DNA from: the human T2T-CHM13v2.0 reference genome, Homo sapiens
DNA length: 64,000 nucleotides
NCBI RefSeq assembly: GCF_009914755.1
Contig: NC_060925.1
Reading direction: 5' to 3' (one strand)
Position numbers and translations under genes: made by a program. The notes under the pieces are model-generated. The model ran no database searches. It saw only the letters and a list, made by a program, of their open reading frames with translations, and was not told where the DNA came from. Below, piece after piece: positions 1 through 20,680 of this stretch (positions are counted from its first letter, which is position 1; the number at the start of each line of letters is the position of its first letter).

Positions 1-126
1 CCAGCCTGGGAGACAGACCGAGGCTCTGTCTCAAAAAAAAAAAAAAGGGCTGGGCACGGTGGCTCACACCTGTAATCCCAGCACTTTGTGAGGCCAAGGC
101 AGGTGGATCACGAGGTCAGGAGATCA

Positions 127-508
<382 letters not shown>

Positions 509-526
509 TTACACACTAGACAATGA

Positions 527-691
<165 letters not shown>

Positions 692-801
692 TGATTTTTT
701 GTATTTTTAGTAGATATGGGGTTTCACCGTGTTAGCCAGGATGGTCTCGATCTCCTGACCTTGTGATCTGCCCACCTCGGCCTCCCAAAGTGCTGGGATT
801 A

Positions 802-1158
<357 letters not shown>

Positions 1159-1176
1159 CTACACAGCCAGACTACG

Positions 1177-1177
<1 letters not shown>

Positions 1178-1214
<37 letters not shown>

Positions 1215-1232
1215 ACACACTCTCTCTCTCTC
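1178..1232. repeat. (CA)n(CT)n compound microsatellite replacing an Alu tail
   Basis: cacacaca...catacacacacactctctctctctct. Confidence 0.95.
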
Positions 1233-3048
1233 TTTTTCTGGCCAGGCCTCGTGGCTCACACCTGTAATCCCAACACTTTGGGAAGCTGAGGCAGGAGGAT
1301 TACTTGAACCTAAGAGTTTGAGACTACCCTGTGCAACACAGGGAGACCCCCTTCTCTACAAAAAATAAATCTCCAAAATTAGCTGGGCACAGTGGTGCAT
1401 GCCTGTAGTTTCAGGTACATGGGAGGCTGAAGTGGAGAATGGCTTGAGCCAGGAGGTCAAGGCTGCAGTGAGCCATGAGCCATGATCACACCACTGCACT
1501 CTAACCTGGGAGACAGGGTGAGACCCTGATTCCAAAAAAAAAAAAAAAAAAAAAAAAAGACTTCCTATTGCATTTGTTTATATTTGACTTATCTATTATT
1601 CTAAACGTCTTTTCACATGATTTTGCTGGCCATCTGTATTTCTCCTGCAGTGAAAAGCTGTTCAAGATCCTGGTCCATATTTTTCTAAATTGTGGAGGTC
1701 ATTTCTAATTTAGATGGGCCCTTAATATAATACTTCTTTCTCACATGTTGCACATTTTTCCCAATTTACCAGCTCTCTTTCACCTACTATTCTTCTTGAA
1801 GTTAAAATCTTAAACAAAAGGTTTTAAAAATTTTTATTAAAAAGTGAAAGGCCCAGGCTGGTCTTGAACGCCTGGCCTCAAGCAATCTCCTGCCTCAGCC
1901 TCCCAAAGTGCTAGGACTACAGGTATGAGCCACTGTGCCTGGCCAAAATCTTTTATGTATTCAAATACTTATGAAAAACTGTACTAATTACCTCACATAT
2001 TCCTTACAACCACCATATAGTGAAATTACTATAACTATCCTCATTTAAAAGATTAAAGAGTGGTTTAGACATTGGCTAACTTGCTCAAGGTCACTTAACC
2101 AGTAAATGATTAAGAAATAATTTAAACATAGTCTGATTTCATAACTAAAGTGCTTAATCACTGCATTAAATAAAATAGTCTCTTTAACTTTATAGGTTTG
2201 TTTTGGGGTTTTTTCTCTCTCTCATTTTTTTGAGACTGAGTTTAGCTCTATCACCCAGGCTGGAGTGCAGTGGCTCAACCTCGGCTCACTGCAACCTCCG
2301 TCTCCTGGGTTCAAGCAATTCTTGTGCCTCAGCCTCCCAAGTAGCTAGCTGGTTTACAGGGACCCACCACCACGTCTGGCTGATTTTTATATTTTTAGTA
2401 GAGATGGAGTCTCACCATGTTGGCCAGGCTGGTCTCGAACTCTGGACCTCAAGCGATCCACTCACCTCAGCCTCTCAATGTGCTGGGATTACAGGCGTGA
2501 GTCACCGTACCCAGCTCTCTTTTTTTCATTCATGAAAAAATATATTCCAGCCTAAGGTGGAATATAGTTTTGTTTACTTTTTTTTTTTTTTTTTTTTGAT
2601 GGAGTTTCACTCTTGTTGCCCAGGCTAAGAGTGCAATGGTGCAATCTTGGCTCACCGCAACCTCTGCCTCCCAGGTTGAAGTGATTCTCCTGCCTCAGCC
2701 TCCCGAGTCGCTGGGATTACAGGCATGTGCCACTGCACATGCACAGAATGCCTGGCTAATTCTGTATTTTTGGTAGAGACAGGGTTTCTCCACATTGGTC
2801 AGGCTGGTCTCGAACTCCCAACCTCAGCCGCCAGCCTCGGCCTCCCAAAGTGCTGGGATTACAGGCGTGAGCCACCACGCCCAGTCTTGTTTTCTTATAC
2901 TTGGAAAAATCATGTCCTTCTAGACGACAATCTTCACTACACTTTCAATTAATTATTTTTCGGTTTCTTTTCGTTTTTCCTTTATTTGCCATGTTAAATT
3001 CTAAAAATATAATCTGGGGGTAGGGAAGCAGCCTTTATTCCAAAAGGT

Positions 3049-3099
3049 TTGCTCATTGTTCTAAGAACATTGCTCATTGTTCTAAGAACATTACTCATT
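3049..3099. repeat. 21-bp tandem duplication (ttgctcattgttctaagaaca x2 plus a partial copy)
   Basis: Units at 3049-3069 and 3070-3090, then ttactcatt. Confidence 0.95.
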
Positions 3100-4210
3100 T
3101 CATGCCCATTGATTATTTATAATTAATGTAATGTAATAACATACTTATTACATATTCTTATTCGTATTTGGATCTTACTCTAAATTCCTAAGGTTTTGTT
3201 TCATTCATATTTATGATTATTATTGTGCCACTAATATATGGATATTATAACTTCATAATAACGTTTGAATATTTGAAAACAAGTAGGTTTTTTTTTTTTC
3301 TTGTATTCCTATAGAAATTCTCTATTTTATTTACAACATTACTGAGATTTAACTCACATGCCATAAAATTCACCTTGTTTTTGTTTGAGACAAGGCCCGG
3401 TTCTGTTGCCCAGGCTAGAGTGCAGTGTCAATCTCAGCTTGCCACAACTTTTGCCCCCCCAAGCTCTAGCCAACATCCCACCTCAGCCTCTCAAGTAGCT
3501 GGGATCACAGGAATGCAACACCATGCCTGGCTAATTTTTTCTAGAGATAAGACACTCACTTTGTTGCCCAGGCTGGTCTCGAACTCCTGAGCTCAAGTGA
3601 TCTGGCTACCTCAGCCTCCCAAAGTGTTGGAATTACAAGCATGTGCCACTGCACCCAACCAAATTCACCCTTTTAAAGTGCACAATTCAGTGGGTTTTTT
3701 TTAACTATAGTTACAGAATTGTGCAAATATCACCACTACTTTAATAACCTTTTCATCGGACTGTTTTTCCATACGTATACTTCCTCACAAACTTGAGATA
3801 TGATTGAAGTTTTTAAAAAACCTCACATGGCTTTAACTTTGTATCTTAATGTAGAAAAACATATCTCAACATTAACTTTAGCTCTACAATAACAAAGTAA
3901 ATGTATTTAGTCAAGCTTTTTCGTGTTTCTGGGTATTTATATCTATATAAATCCTAAACATGTGCTGTTAAATATATTTCTAAGTATTTCATAGATTCTG
4001 CTGTTTCTTTTATTAATAAATTCTTCTTGCTGTTACAGAATACTTTCTAACTATAACTGATAGTATTCAAGAACACTTGATTTCATTTTATAATATTAAA
4101 TTCTTGCTTCATCAATAATTCATTTTTCAGGGGGGGCATGGCGGTTCACGCCTGTAATCCCAACACTTTGGGAGGCTGAGGCAGGAGGATCACCTGAGGT
4201 TGGGAGTTCA

Positions 4211-5750
<1,540 letters not shown>

Positions 5751-5772
5751 ATGATGAAGTAGAATCAAAGTA

Positions 5773-6917
<1,145 letters not shown>

Positions 6918-7724
6918 TAGTTTCTTTTGAATGTGGAAAATGACATCTTTGTCTTCTCAAAGTAAATGTAGCCATAAAAAGAAAAAAGACATGCACTCAT
7001 GAAGTTTAATATATATGTATGCATGTATATGCGTGTATGGTAATATAAAATCTACTACAGAACTACCGGTTCTAATGGAATTGACTGAATAATTCCATCT
7101 TTCATCCTCTGATTTGAAATGCTACACTTCCCATGTACTAAATCCTCACGTATACACGAGTCTACTACTAGTTTTTCTTTTCTTCTTCCTTTTTCTTTTT
7201 GAGGTGGAGTCTTGCTCTGTCACATAGGCTGGAGTTCAGTGGCAAGAACGTGGCTCATTGTAGCCTTGACCTCCTGGGCTCAAGCAATCCTTCCACCTCA
7301 GCCTCCTGAGTAGCTGGGATCACAAGCATGTGCAATCACGCTTGGCTATTTTTTTTTTTTAATTTTTGTAGAGAGGTGGGGGTCTCACTATGTTGCCCAG
7401 GCTGGTCTCAAACTCCCGGGCTCGGGCAATTCTCCCGTCACAACCTCCCAAAGTGCTGAGATTACAGGTGTAAGCCACCCCACCCAGCCAATTATTAGAT
7501 TTTCTATTCGGCGTCAGTGATTTTCCGTCTGCCAGTCCACCACAACCACAATATTCTAACCCTTTTAATTTCTGTTTTATTATCTAATAAGCCTGATTTC
7601 TAGTTACTGTTCTTTTCAGAAAAGTTGTGGCTACTCTTGCTTATTTTTCCATACAAACCTTACAAGTAACTTATCTAGTGCCAATTTGATTTGTTTAAAA
7701 TTTTGATTCTTAAACTTGCAGACA

Positions 7725-9279
<1,555 letters not shown>

Positions 9280-11405
9280 TGACCAGCCGGCTAGTTTTTA
9301 AAAATGTTTTGTAGAGACAGGGTCTCTCTATGTTGCCCAGGCTGGTCTTGAACTCCTTGGCATCAGCCACTGCGCCTGGCCCAGAAAACACTTTCAAGAA
9401 AAGTACGCTTCAGTTTGTGGCATATAATCAAAAGAGAACCAAAACATCTGAGAACAGGAGTAAAAAAAAAAAAAAAAAGCCAAAAAGAAATATTAAAGAA
9501 AATTAAACATATAGGTCAAGAATGCATTTTAATAGAAAGTCACCAAATATTTTCTTTTCAAAAGCAGACCACAATGGGCTTTTCTTAAATTACAAAACCA
9601 TTAGATGCTGAACTTGAATTTTATATTCCACACTGAAGCCCCAAATTCTATCCTCATTATATGGCCCTCATAGGATCAAGAGTAAGCCAAAACATGTTAC
9701 TAGCATAATTTCTTAAATAAATTATGATAAAATAATGGCAATACTAATATAGAAATCATCATGTGATGTAAACTTCCACCACCCAAGAAGTTCTTCTTGC
9801 TATATAATTTAAGGAATAGACATAAGGTGTCAATTTGTCCCAGTGGCAGAGGACAAAGTCTTCAGGGTCTTTTTAACACCTCTTTTATTCCCAACATGAA
9901 AAACCACTGCAAATCTGACTTCATCTATAGTCTTTCTCACAGGATTTCTCCCTATCCCCATCTAACTAGTTACGAAAGAGGTACAATTTTGAACTATGTA
10001 CTCAGTGATTTTGACTCACAAAGTGAGGTCAGAGAGGAAACTTTTCTTTCATCATTAAGTTTCATCTTGTCTTCCTATTAATGAATTTTCATAAAAGTTC
10101 CAGGTTTTGTCATCTTATCATATAGGACCTTTAATTCTGATGTCTCTCAAAAAGCTTTCATTCATTTCCATACAGCTGTAGCTCAGAATTAATTAGTAAT
10201 GTGTAATTATTGAGCAGCCGTATGTGAGGATCTCTGGAGTGATTTACAATCATTAAAATGAAATCAAAGATATGAGCAGACAACCATAAAAAGCAGTATA
10301 CGAATTAGTGAGTGAAAGTAATGATATTTAGGCTTAATTCTCTGGGACTAAAGAAGATATACCTTCTAACAATTTGGTTCAATAATGATTTTTTTTTTCC
10401 ATTAGCAAGATCAACAATGAAATGAGAAACATTCACATTCACCATATATACACCATTAAAACAAACCACAATACAGACTCCAGCAGATATCCTAGCTATG
10501 AAAGTGAACTCTTCAATCAGCCAAATGCAGTACTGATTAGGGAAGTTCCTACTACATAATGAAAGCAAGAATTGAGGATGAACCTGATTAAACTAATTAC
10601 GGTAGTTTTAATCTTCCTGGCACATTTATAGCAGAGGCTGCAGAGCCCAATGGCAGGGATTTGCTTTGCCCTTCCATTTAAGGGAGCTCATGCTTCCGTA
10701 ATAGAAGTCATTTTGAGAAAAGAGTGACATCCTGTTTTATCTCCAAGGCTTTAGGACAGATCACAGCCCCTTAGCTGTCTATTTTGTGTATGTAAAGGGG
10801 GAAGAAAGGTTTTACTGAAATGTAAAGATCCAGGATAATTTGCATAATTGCTGCTGCCATGGAGAAGCTGGGCTCTGTGCCAACTGTTCTCTTCTCTACC
10901 ATAAAAATACCTCTAGCTTAAGCAGCTTTTAAAGTAAACAATCAAGATGAAGGTAAGACTACAGAATCCATCATAGCAAGACTCAGAGATACCTACATAC
11001 AATCGGGTCTTCTTGCTTGAATAGCATTTGTCAACAAGAACATGGAAGTGAAAACGCAGCAGTCAAATAATGTAGACATGCATTCTGGACCTCTTCATAA
11101 ATAGGCATAAGGAAAAAAAAAAGCACTCTGAGATGGCACGCAGCCCATAGGGCACAAGTAAGATGACAGAATGTGCCTATCTTCTCCTATTAACAAGTCC
11201 CAAATTCTCTGGTAAGAGCTGAGGAGCCTAGACTGGGCGTGGTGTCTCACACCTGTAATCCCAGAATTTTGGGAGGCCTAGGCGTGCAGATCACTTGAGG
11301 CCAGGAGTTTGATACCAAACTGGTCAACATGGCGAAACCCTGTCTCTACTAAAAATACAAAATTAGCCGAACATGGTGGCACATGCCTGTAATCTCAGCT
11401 ACTCA

Positions 11406-11510
<105 letters not shown>

Positions 11511-11924
11511 CTAAATAAAAAGAAACTATATTTAAAAAAAAAGAGCTAAGGAGCCTAAACACAAAGAATTGGTTTAAAAAATAAAAACAAAACAAAAGGC
11601 AATTGGAAAAACACAATACCCCATAGTATTAATAATAAAATTGTTTGACTTGGGTTCATATGGTACCACCTATTTGGGGTAAGTCATTAAGATGTGTTAA
11701 ACTCTTTCAAAAGGTGTTTGACATCTAAAAATGTTTTGTCTTTCTTCCTTATTTTTAAAATCAGAAATGGGGTCTTGTTACGTTGCCAAGGATGGATTTA
11801 AACTCCTGGCCTCAAGCAATCCTCCTGCCTCAAGTCTTCTGAGTAACTGGGATTACAAGCCTAAGCCACCATGCCCAACTTCAAAATGTTTTCTTAAACT
11901 AAGATTACTTTCAGATGTTCCTAA

Positions 11925-12122
<198 letters not shown>

Positions 12123-12144
12123 TAGGCTGGTCTTGAACTCCTGA

Positions 12145-12441
<297 letters not shown>

Positions 12442-12581
12442 TGATCCGCCTGCCTCAACCTCCCAAAATGCTGGGATTACAGGCATGAGCCACTGCACTC
12501 GGCCTAGAGATTGTTTTAAATAGGCATGAAAGTTTTACTATATATTTTTAGCAAATGAGAGAAGAGGAAATATTTGAGTAA

Positions 12582-12833
<252 letters not shown>

Positions 12834-13856
12834 TAGTCTCGATCTCTTGATCTTGTGATTCGCCCGCCTTGGCCTCCCAAAGTGCTGGGATTACAGGCAT
12901 GAGCCACCGCGCCCGGCAGATAGTGTATTCAAAAGCAAAATCTTAGGAATAAGGAAATAAATACTCACATTCTCAAGCTATATTTTAAGCACTGAATTTT
13001 TGGTAATGATGATGGTATTTGTTTTATGCTTACAGATCTTTTCTTCAGTCTTACTGAACTGTTTTTAAAGCATTTTCTGTGTTGCTCATAAAAAGCACAA
13101 ACTTAAAAGATCACCCTGACACTGAAGGAGCCAAAGAAATAGAGAAATCAATTAATAATTATTATACAATGTGCTATATGTTAAAAACAGAAATATATGC
13201 AATGGAAACACAGAGGATAGAGTAACCTCCTAGAAAGGTTCAGGGAACGTTTCACAGAATTGGGGGATGTCTAAGCTGAGTCTTTCCATTCCCTCATCCT
13301 CCTTCCTTTCTCCTTGCACAGTGAAACTTTTTTATCCTTTTTGCTTTTTATTTAGAAATTTAGTGATTAAATTTGCTTTTCTAATTTTTCTCATTTATCT
13401 TAGGTAATTTTAGTTATCGAGGTTGAGACAAATAGAATTTTTAAGAGTTACCAAGTATGCTTAGGAGAATTTCCATATTTCATAATTCCTAACCTTCATA
13501 ATTGCCCTAACCGTTATAATCAACAAACAGCTTAGAAAGAAAGGTTACCAAGCTCCCCTGCCTTGGCTTATAATTTTCAGCATCTGCTTTTGATCTCCTC
13601 AGCAATCTTTTGGAGCCCCCAGCCCGTAAAATCAAAGACTAGGCAAGGAACTACACAATAATCACACTCAGTAATTTTGCTAAGAAATGAAAAAGTGAGG
13701 CTGAGAAGCAGGTGCCATTTTGTTTCACTGTTTTTACTGTGAGAGTTACTATCAAATCCTACAGAAAGATGTTAGGATCATTTTTGTGCCTTCATATATA
13801 TCCTCAGATGTTAGTAATTCAATGTAGCTTCACTCAATACAGCTAAAATATTCTAG

Positions 13857-13957
13857 TGTATCTACCATCTGTGCATTTTTGTCAAAATGCCTTTGTGTAC
13901 CTCCTAAACTCTGACTTCCTAATATAGTAGAACTTTTTATTGCAAGCTTGTATACTT
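13857..13957 (+). repeat. 101-bp dispersed direct repeat, copy A (copy B at 18448-18548)
   Basis: Ungapped manual alignment, 5 mismatches in 101 bp. Confidence 0.93.
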
Positions 13958-15098
13958 TGATATGTTTTCCAAAAATAAAAGTAAAATATACATAGTAAAT
14001 TAGGACTTGGCTGTTAAAAAATAAACACTAGTTCAGTACCTGTTTTGTTTCAAAAGTGAGTTCTGGTTACAATTTCACCTTAATAACATTTCTGACATCT
14101 TTGTTGACATTATCTTCTTTTAATAATCAGTATTCTCTCAATTTAGGTCATTGATTTTAGAGAAACTAAAGCATTAGTATGCATAATCCAGATTATAGAA
14201 AGATCCGTATTTACATTAAGCAGTTCCAGGGAAGCCACAGTTAATATGTAAACTACCACCCTCTTCCCTGTAAGTCCTTATCCAATCATATATTCCACTT
14301 CATCTCTCTATCACCTAGGCTGCAGTACAGTGGCATGAACACAACTTACTGCAGCCTCGACCTCCTGTGCTCAAGTGATCCTCCTGCCTCAGCATCCTGA
14401 GTAGCTGGGACAACAGGTGTAAGCCACCATGCCTGGCTAACATTTGTATTTTTTGTACAGGGGGGTTTCACCATGTTGCCAGACTGGTCTTGAACTCCTG
14501 AGCTCAAGCCACCCACCCACCCTGGCCTCCCTAAGTGCTAGGATTACAGGTGGGAGCCACCATGTCCAGCCCATAACTCTTGACATAAGGCATCTGCTGG
14601 TGCAAAATGACATTCATTTGTAAAGAAAAGGTAAACGTTATTAAGTAGGCCCTGGATGACACCCTCTTATTTTTCAACTGTTTAGTTTGGGATATGGAAA
14701 GGTAGGTATTAGACATAAAACATTATTTTCCCTTTCTTCTTGGAAGGTAATTCTTAATTGCTATATTTTTTAGTGGTTAGTTTAAAAAAATATATACACA
14801 TACGGAGAATCTTCTAACAGATCAGCAACACCCAAGGGTCAAGCTGAGCTTTGCCAGTTGTACCCTGAATCCCCAATATGTGTTACTTCCCTTCCTAATA
14901 GTGGCAACTATTAAAAATACGTTGCAACTCACCCTTAAACCTGATCTCTAATGCCACCTGCTGTTGCAGTTCTGTAAGATAAAGAAGCTCTACGAATCTG
15001 CCCCAATATTATATAGCTTGACTTTCACTCTCTCATGAAGACCAGGGTAGTTCACTATTAATTATGCACATATTTGTAAAATAAAAGTCAGGTACTTA

Positions 15099-15401
<303 letters not shown>

Positions 15402-16390
15402 TCAAAAAAAAAAAAAAAAAGATTTACCATTACAGCTATAAATGACAGGGCCCCTACTTACCAAAGCAAACCCAAATTTCTGAAACAGAAAAATAGTCCA
15501 AAAAAGTGGTTTTATCTTTTAATTTTTCCTCTAAGAGGAATCCTACTACAAAGTAGGACCACAAACTTAAAAACAAACAAACAAACAAAAAACCAAAGAA
15601 AAATCCTAAGAAAAAATAAGTATGGTCATGCAATTCTTTTTGTTTTTTTCCACTGCGCCCGGCCTCATTATTTATATTTTCTTACTATTTACCTACAGTA
15701 AAGAACTGTCAAATTCTTGTTTTACAGCACAACTGAGAAAACCCTGTGAGACATCCTAAGTGTGCATTTTCCCTTTATTATTTACTTTGTCCCAAAAGCC
15801 TTTCTCTTTCCAGCAAATTCTGACAAAGTTGTCAACACCTAATTTTAAGCATGAGCCCTTCTTTGCATATTCTCTTGCTCACCACCTTCTCCAATGATTC
15901 TGCGATTCACATATACACTCCGTATGTATTTCTATCATGGCAGTTATCATGTCATAGCACAATTTTTTTTTACAGCACGTGGAAAAACAAATCAAAGAAT
16001 GTTGTGACTCTGCACTAGAGACTATGGGCAAAGTTAAGTGATATAAAACTGTAACCTCCTTTGTGAAAGTATAAATCAAAATATTAGTCCTTTTGATCAG
16101 TTATTTTAAGTATAAAAGGCACACGAAAGATACAAATTTAAGATGAAAATGTTTATTAAGATGACAATGTTTAAAATTATTAATAATGGTTTCGTAACTC
16201 TGTATACACTTAACATACTGAATATACTAAAAACACTGAACTGTACATTTTAAAAGGATAAATTTTACAGTATTTGAATTATATCTCAATTTAAAATATA
16301 TACATTTTATAGAAAACTGGGCTAACTTAAAATAGGGTATAATTTAAAGGAACTATTATTATCTAGAAAACCTAACACACTATTATTATC

Positions 16391-16759
16391 ATTATTTTTT
16401 ATTATACTTTAAGTTCTAGGGTACATGTGTACAACGTGCAGGTTTGTTACATATGTATACCTGTGCCATGTTGGTGTGCTGCACCCATTAACTCGTCATT
16501 TACATTAGGTATATCTCCTAATGCTATCCCTCCCCCCTGCCCCCACCCCACGACAGGCCCCGATGTGTGATGTTTCCCACCCTGTGGCCAAGTGTTTTCA
16601 TTGTTCAATTCCCACCTATGAGTGAGAACATGCAGTGTTTGGTTTTCTGCCCTTGCAATAGTTTGCTCAGAATGATGGTTTCCAGCTTCATCTATGTCCC
16701 TACAAATGACATGAACTCATTCTTTTTTATGGCTGCATAGTATTCCTTGGTGTATATGT
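16391..16759 (-). mobile_element. 5'-truncated L1PA (primate) 3' end with 18-bp TSD
   Basis: ttattatactttaagttctagggtacatgtg..caacgtgcaggtttgttac... is the L1PA 3'UTR reverse complement. TSD taa(c/t)acactattattatc at 16373-16390 and 16760-16777. Confidence 0.92.
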
Positions 16760-17302
16760 TAATACACTATTATTATCTAACAAATACAAAGGAAAAAAAT
16801 CCAAAACCTAGGTAATGTCATACCAATTTTTTTCCAACAACTCTATTTCAAAATAATTGGAACTTGTTTGCAGCACTTTAAAAACTGCCAGGCAAATAAT
16901 CTCTACCGAGCAAGAACTAAGGCACTATTATTATCCATTTTTCTTATTTAAGAAACAACATTAGGCTGGGCACGGTGGCTCACGCCTGTAATCCTAGCAC
17001 TTTGGGAGGCCGAAGTGGGTGGATCACCTGAGGTCAGGAGTTCAAGATTAGCCTGGCCAACATAGCAAAACCCCGTCTCTACTAAAAATACAAAAATTAG
17101 CCAGGCATGGTGGCGTGTGCCTGTAGTACCAGCTACCTGGGAGGCTGAGGTGGGAAAACTGCTTGAACCTGGGAGGTGGAGACTGCAGTGTGGCCAAGAT
17201 TATGCCACTGAACTGCCTGGGCAATGGACCGAGACTCCATCTCAAATAAAAAAAAGAAAAAGAAACATTAATCTACCAGTTATATAGCATTATAAAATTT
17301 TA

Positions 17303-17473
<171 letters not shown>

Positions 17474-17668
17474 CTACAAAAAAGAAAAATATTTAACTTT
17501 ATCAAATTTTGTTTAAAAAGTAATAATAATTCTCCAAAAAAATCACTTAGGCCAGGCGCAGTGGCTCACGCCTGTAATCCCAGCACTTTGGGAGGCCAAG
17601 GCGGGCAGGCCACCTGAGGTCAGGAGTTCGAAATGAGCCTGACCAACATGGAGAAACCCTGTCTATTA

Positions 17669-17827
<159 letters not shown>

Positions 17828-19959
17828 TCAAAAAAAAAAAAAAACGCTTCACTGAAATTCAAAATTATTTCTTCAACGAACTGCTTCTTAAATCTATTAA
17901 GATGGCATAGAATTTTCTTTTCTAAACAGAAAACCATTTTTGGACTGGAAATTATAATTATGGCTATAAATTTTACTTGTAATTCATTGTGCTCATGAAA
18001 TCCACTCATCTAGACTAAAGTAACATCAAATAAACTATCCAATGACAAAAATGTTAGTCAACAAAGCACCAAATTTCAATGCTATTTGACTAATACGTAA
18101 TCTGCTCATCATAATCATGAGACATGGTATAATGATATGACCAAATGCAGTGGCTCACGCCTGTAATCCCAGTATGTTGGGAGGACAAGGCAGGAGGATC
18201 GATTCAGCACAGGAGTTCGAGAACAGCCTGGGCAACACAACAAGACACTGTCTCTATAAAAAATAAAATAAAATTAGCCAAGTGCGGTGGCACACACCTG
18301 TGGTCCTAGTGATTCCGGAAGCTGAGATGGGAGGATCACCTAAGCCCATGGGAGCCAAGACTGCTGTGAACCATGATCATGCCACTGCACAGCCTTGGGC
18401 AACAGACTGCCTCTTTAGAAGAAGACCGTGTCTCTTAAAAAATGTTATGTATCCACCATTTGTGCATTTTTGCCAAGATGCCTTTGTGTACCTCCTCAAC
18501 TCTGACTTCCTAATATAGTAGAACTTTTTATTGCAAGCTTGTATACTTGACTTTTTTTTTTTTTTTGGCTAAGCATACTAAATGAACTACAATCACGTAT
18601 TATGTAACTCCAAAAACGGAATTTTCTTTAAATGCTGGAAAGAAATGTACCATTGCTCCATCTCCTTTTAAGTTACTGTGTGATAAATACAAGTAAATAT
18701 TGTGACTTCCATCTCTACTTTCACTTTCTAAAATACTGCTGTAGAAAAATGAATGTACCATTCTGACAGCTTATGAAATGGCAGACACCACATGTAACTG
18801 CATCAAAGCCAAACATAAATTTTTAGAGAAAAATTACAAGAAAGTTTTTCTTTCCACTTGGGAGGAAAAAAGAAAACAGGAAAACCTGCTATAAAATTAA
18901 TAATGAGTCCAAGCATGGTGGCTCATGCCTGTAATCCTAGCACTTTGGAGGTCAAGGCAGGCAGATAACTTGAGGCCAGGAGTTCGAGACATGCCTAGCC
19001 AACATGGCAAAACCCCATCTCTACTAAAAATACAAAAATTAGCCAGACATGATGGCATTCACCTGTAATCCCAGCTACTCAGGAGGCTGAGGCACAAGAA
19101 TCACTTGAACCCCAGAAGGCGGAGATTGCAGTGAGCCAAGATTGCACCACTGCACTCCAGCCTGTATGACACAGTGAGACTCTAGTCTCAAAAGTAAAAA
19201 TAAAATAATGAACATTATTTCTTATAAAACAATCAGGGGCTTTCTACTTAGAGCAATATGCTACGCTAAATACTGTGAAGAGTCTTCTATTACAACAAAA
19301 TAACTCAAACCAGCATAAAATACGTTTCTTACACTGCTGCCTCATAGGAGTAAGAAGAAGCTCCAACAGGACCAAAAGAAAAGAATAAAAAGGGCTGACC
19401 TAAATAGGCACAATAATACAGTGGGTAAGTGCATCAAGTCATGCGCTAGGGGCAAAATAGAGACCCCAGGAAAGGTGTCAGTAACGTACCCTAACTCCTG
19501 GAAAACTAAAGTCAAAGCCTCTCAAAGTAGTCATCATCAAATTAGGCTCCAAATTCAACCACAGATAAAGATGAACAATATACAAACTTTATAATCAGCC
19601 ACATTCTAGAAAAAAAAAATTATTTTCACTGAAATTACATTGTTTATAAATTAATAGGCAAAAGTACAGGGAGCACACTAAAATACAAGTTAGGAGGATG
19701 GATTAGTCCTACCTATAAAACAAAATACTTAAAACTGTATCATGGTGGCCGGGTGCCATGGCTCACACCTGTAATCCTAATGATTTGCCAGGCTGGGACA
19801 GGAAGATAGCTTGATCCCCAGGATGATCCCCAGGAGTTCAAGGTTACAGTGAGCTATGATCACACCACCGCACCACAGCCTGGTTAAAAAAGACAAGACT
19901 CAGACTCTTAAAAATAAACAAACAAAAAATGTAAATAAACAGAAACATCATTGATACTA

Positions 19960-20680
<721 letters not shown>

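Noticed and set aside
3057-3090. AGAACA/TGTTCT half-sites suggesting a glucocorticoid or androgen response element
   Set aside because: Spacing and orientation (1-nt everted, 8-nt inverted) do not match the 3-nt inverted-repeat consensus.
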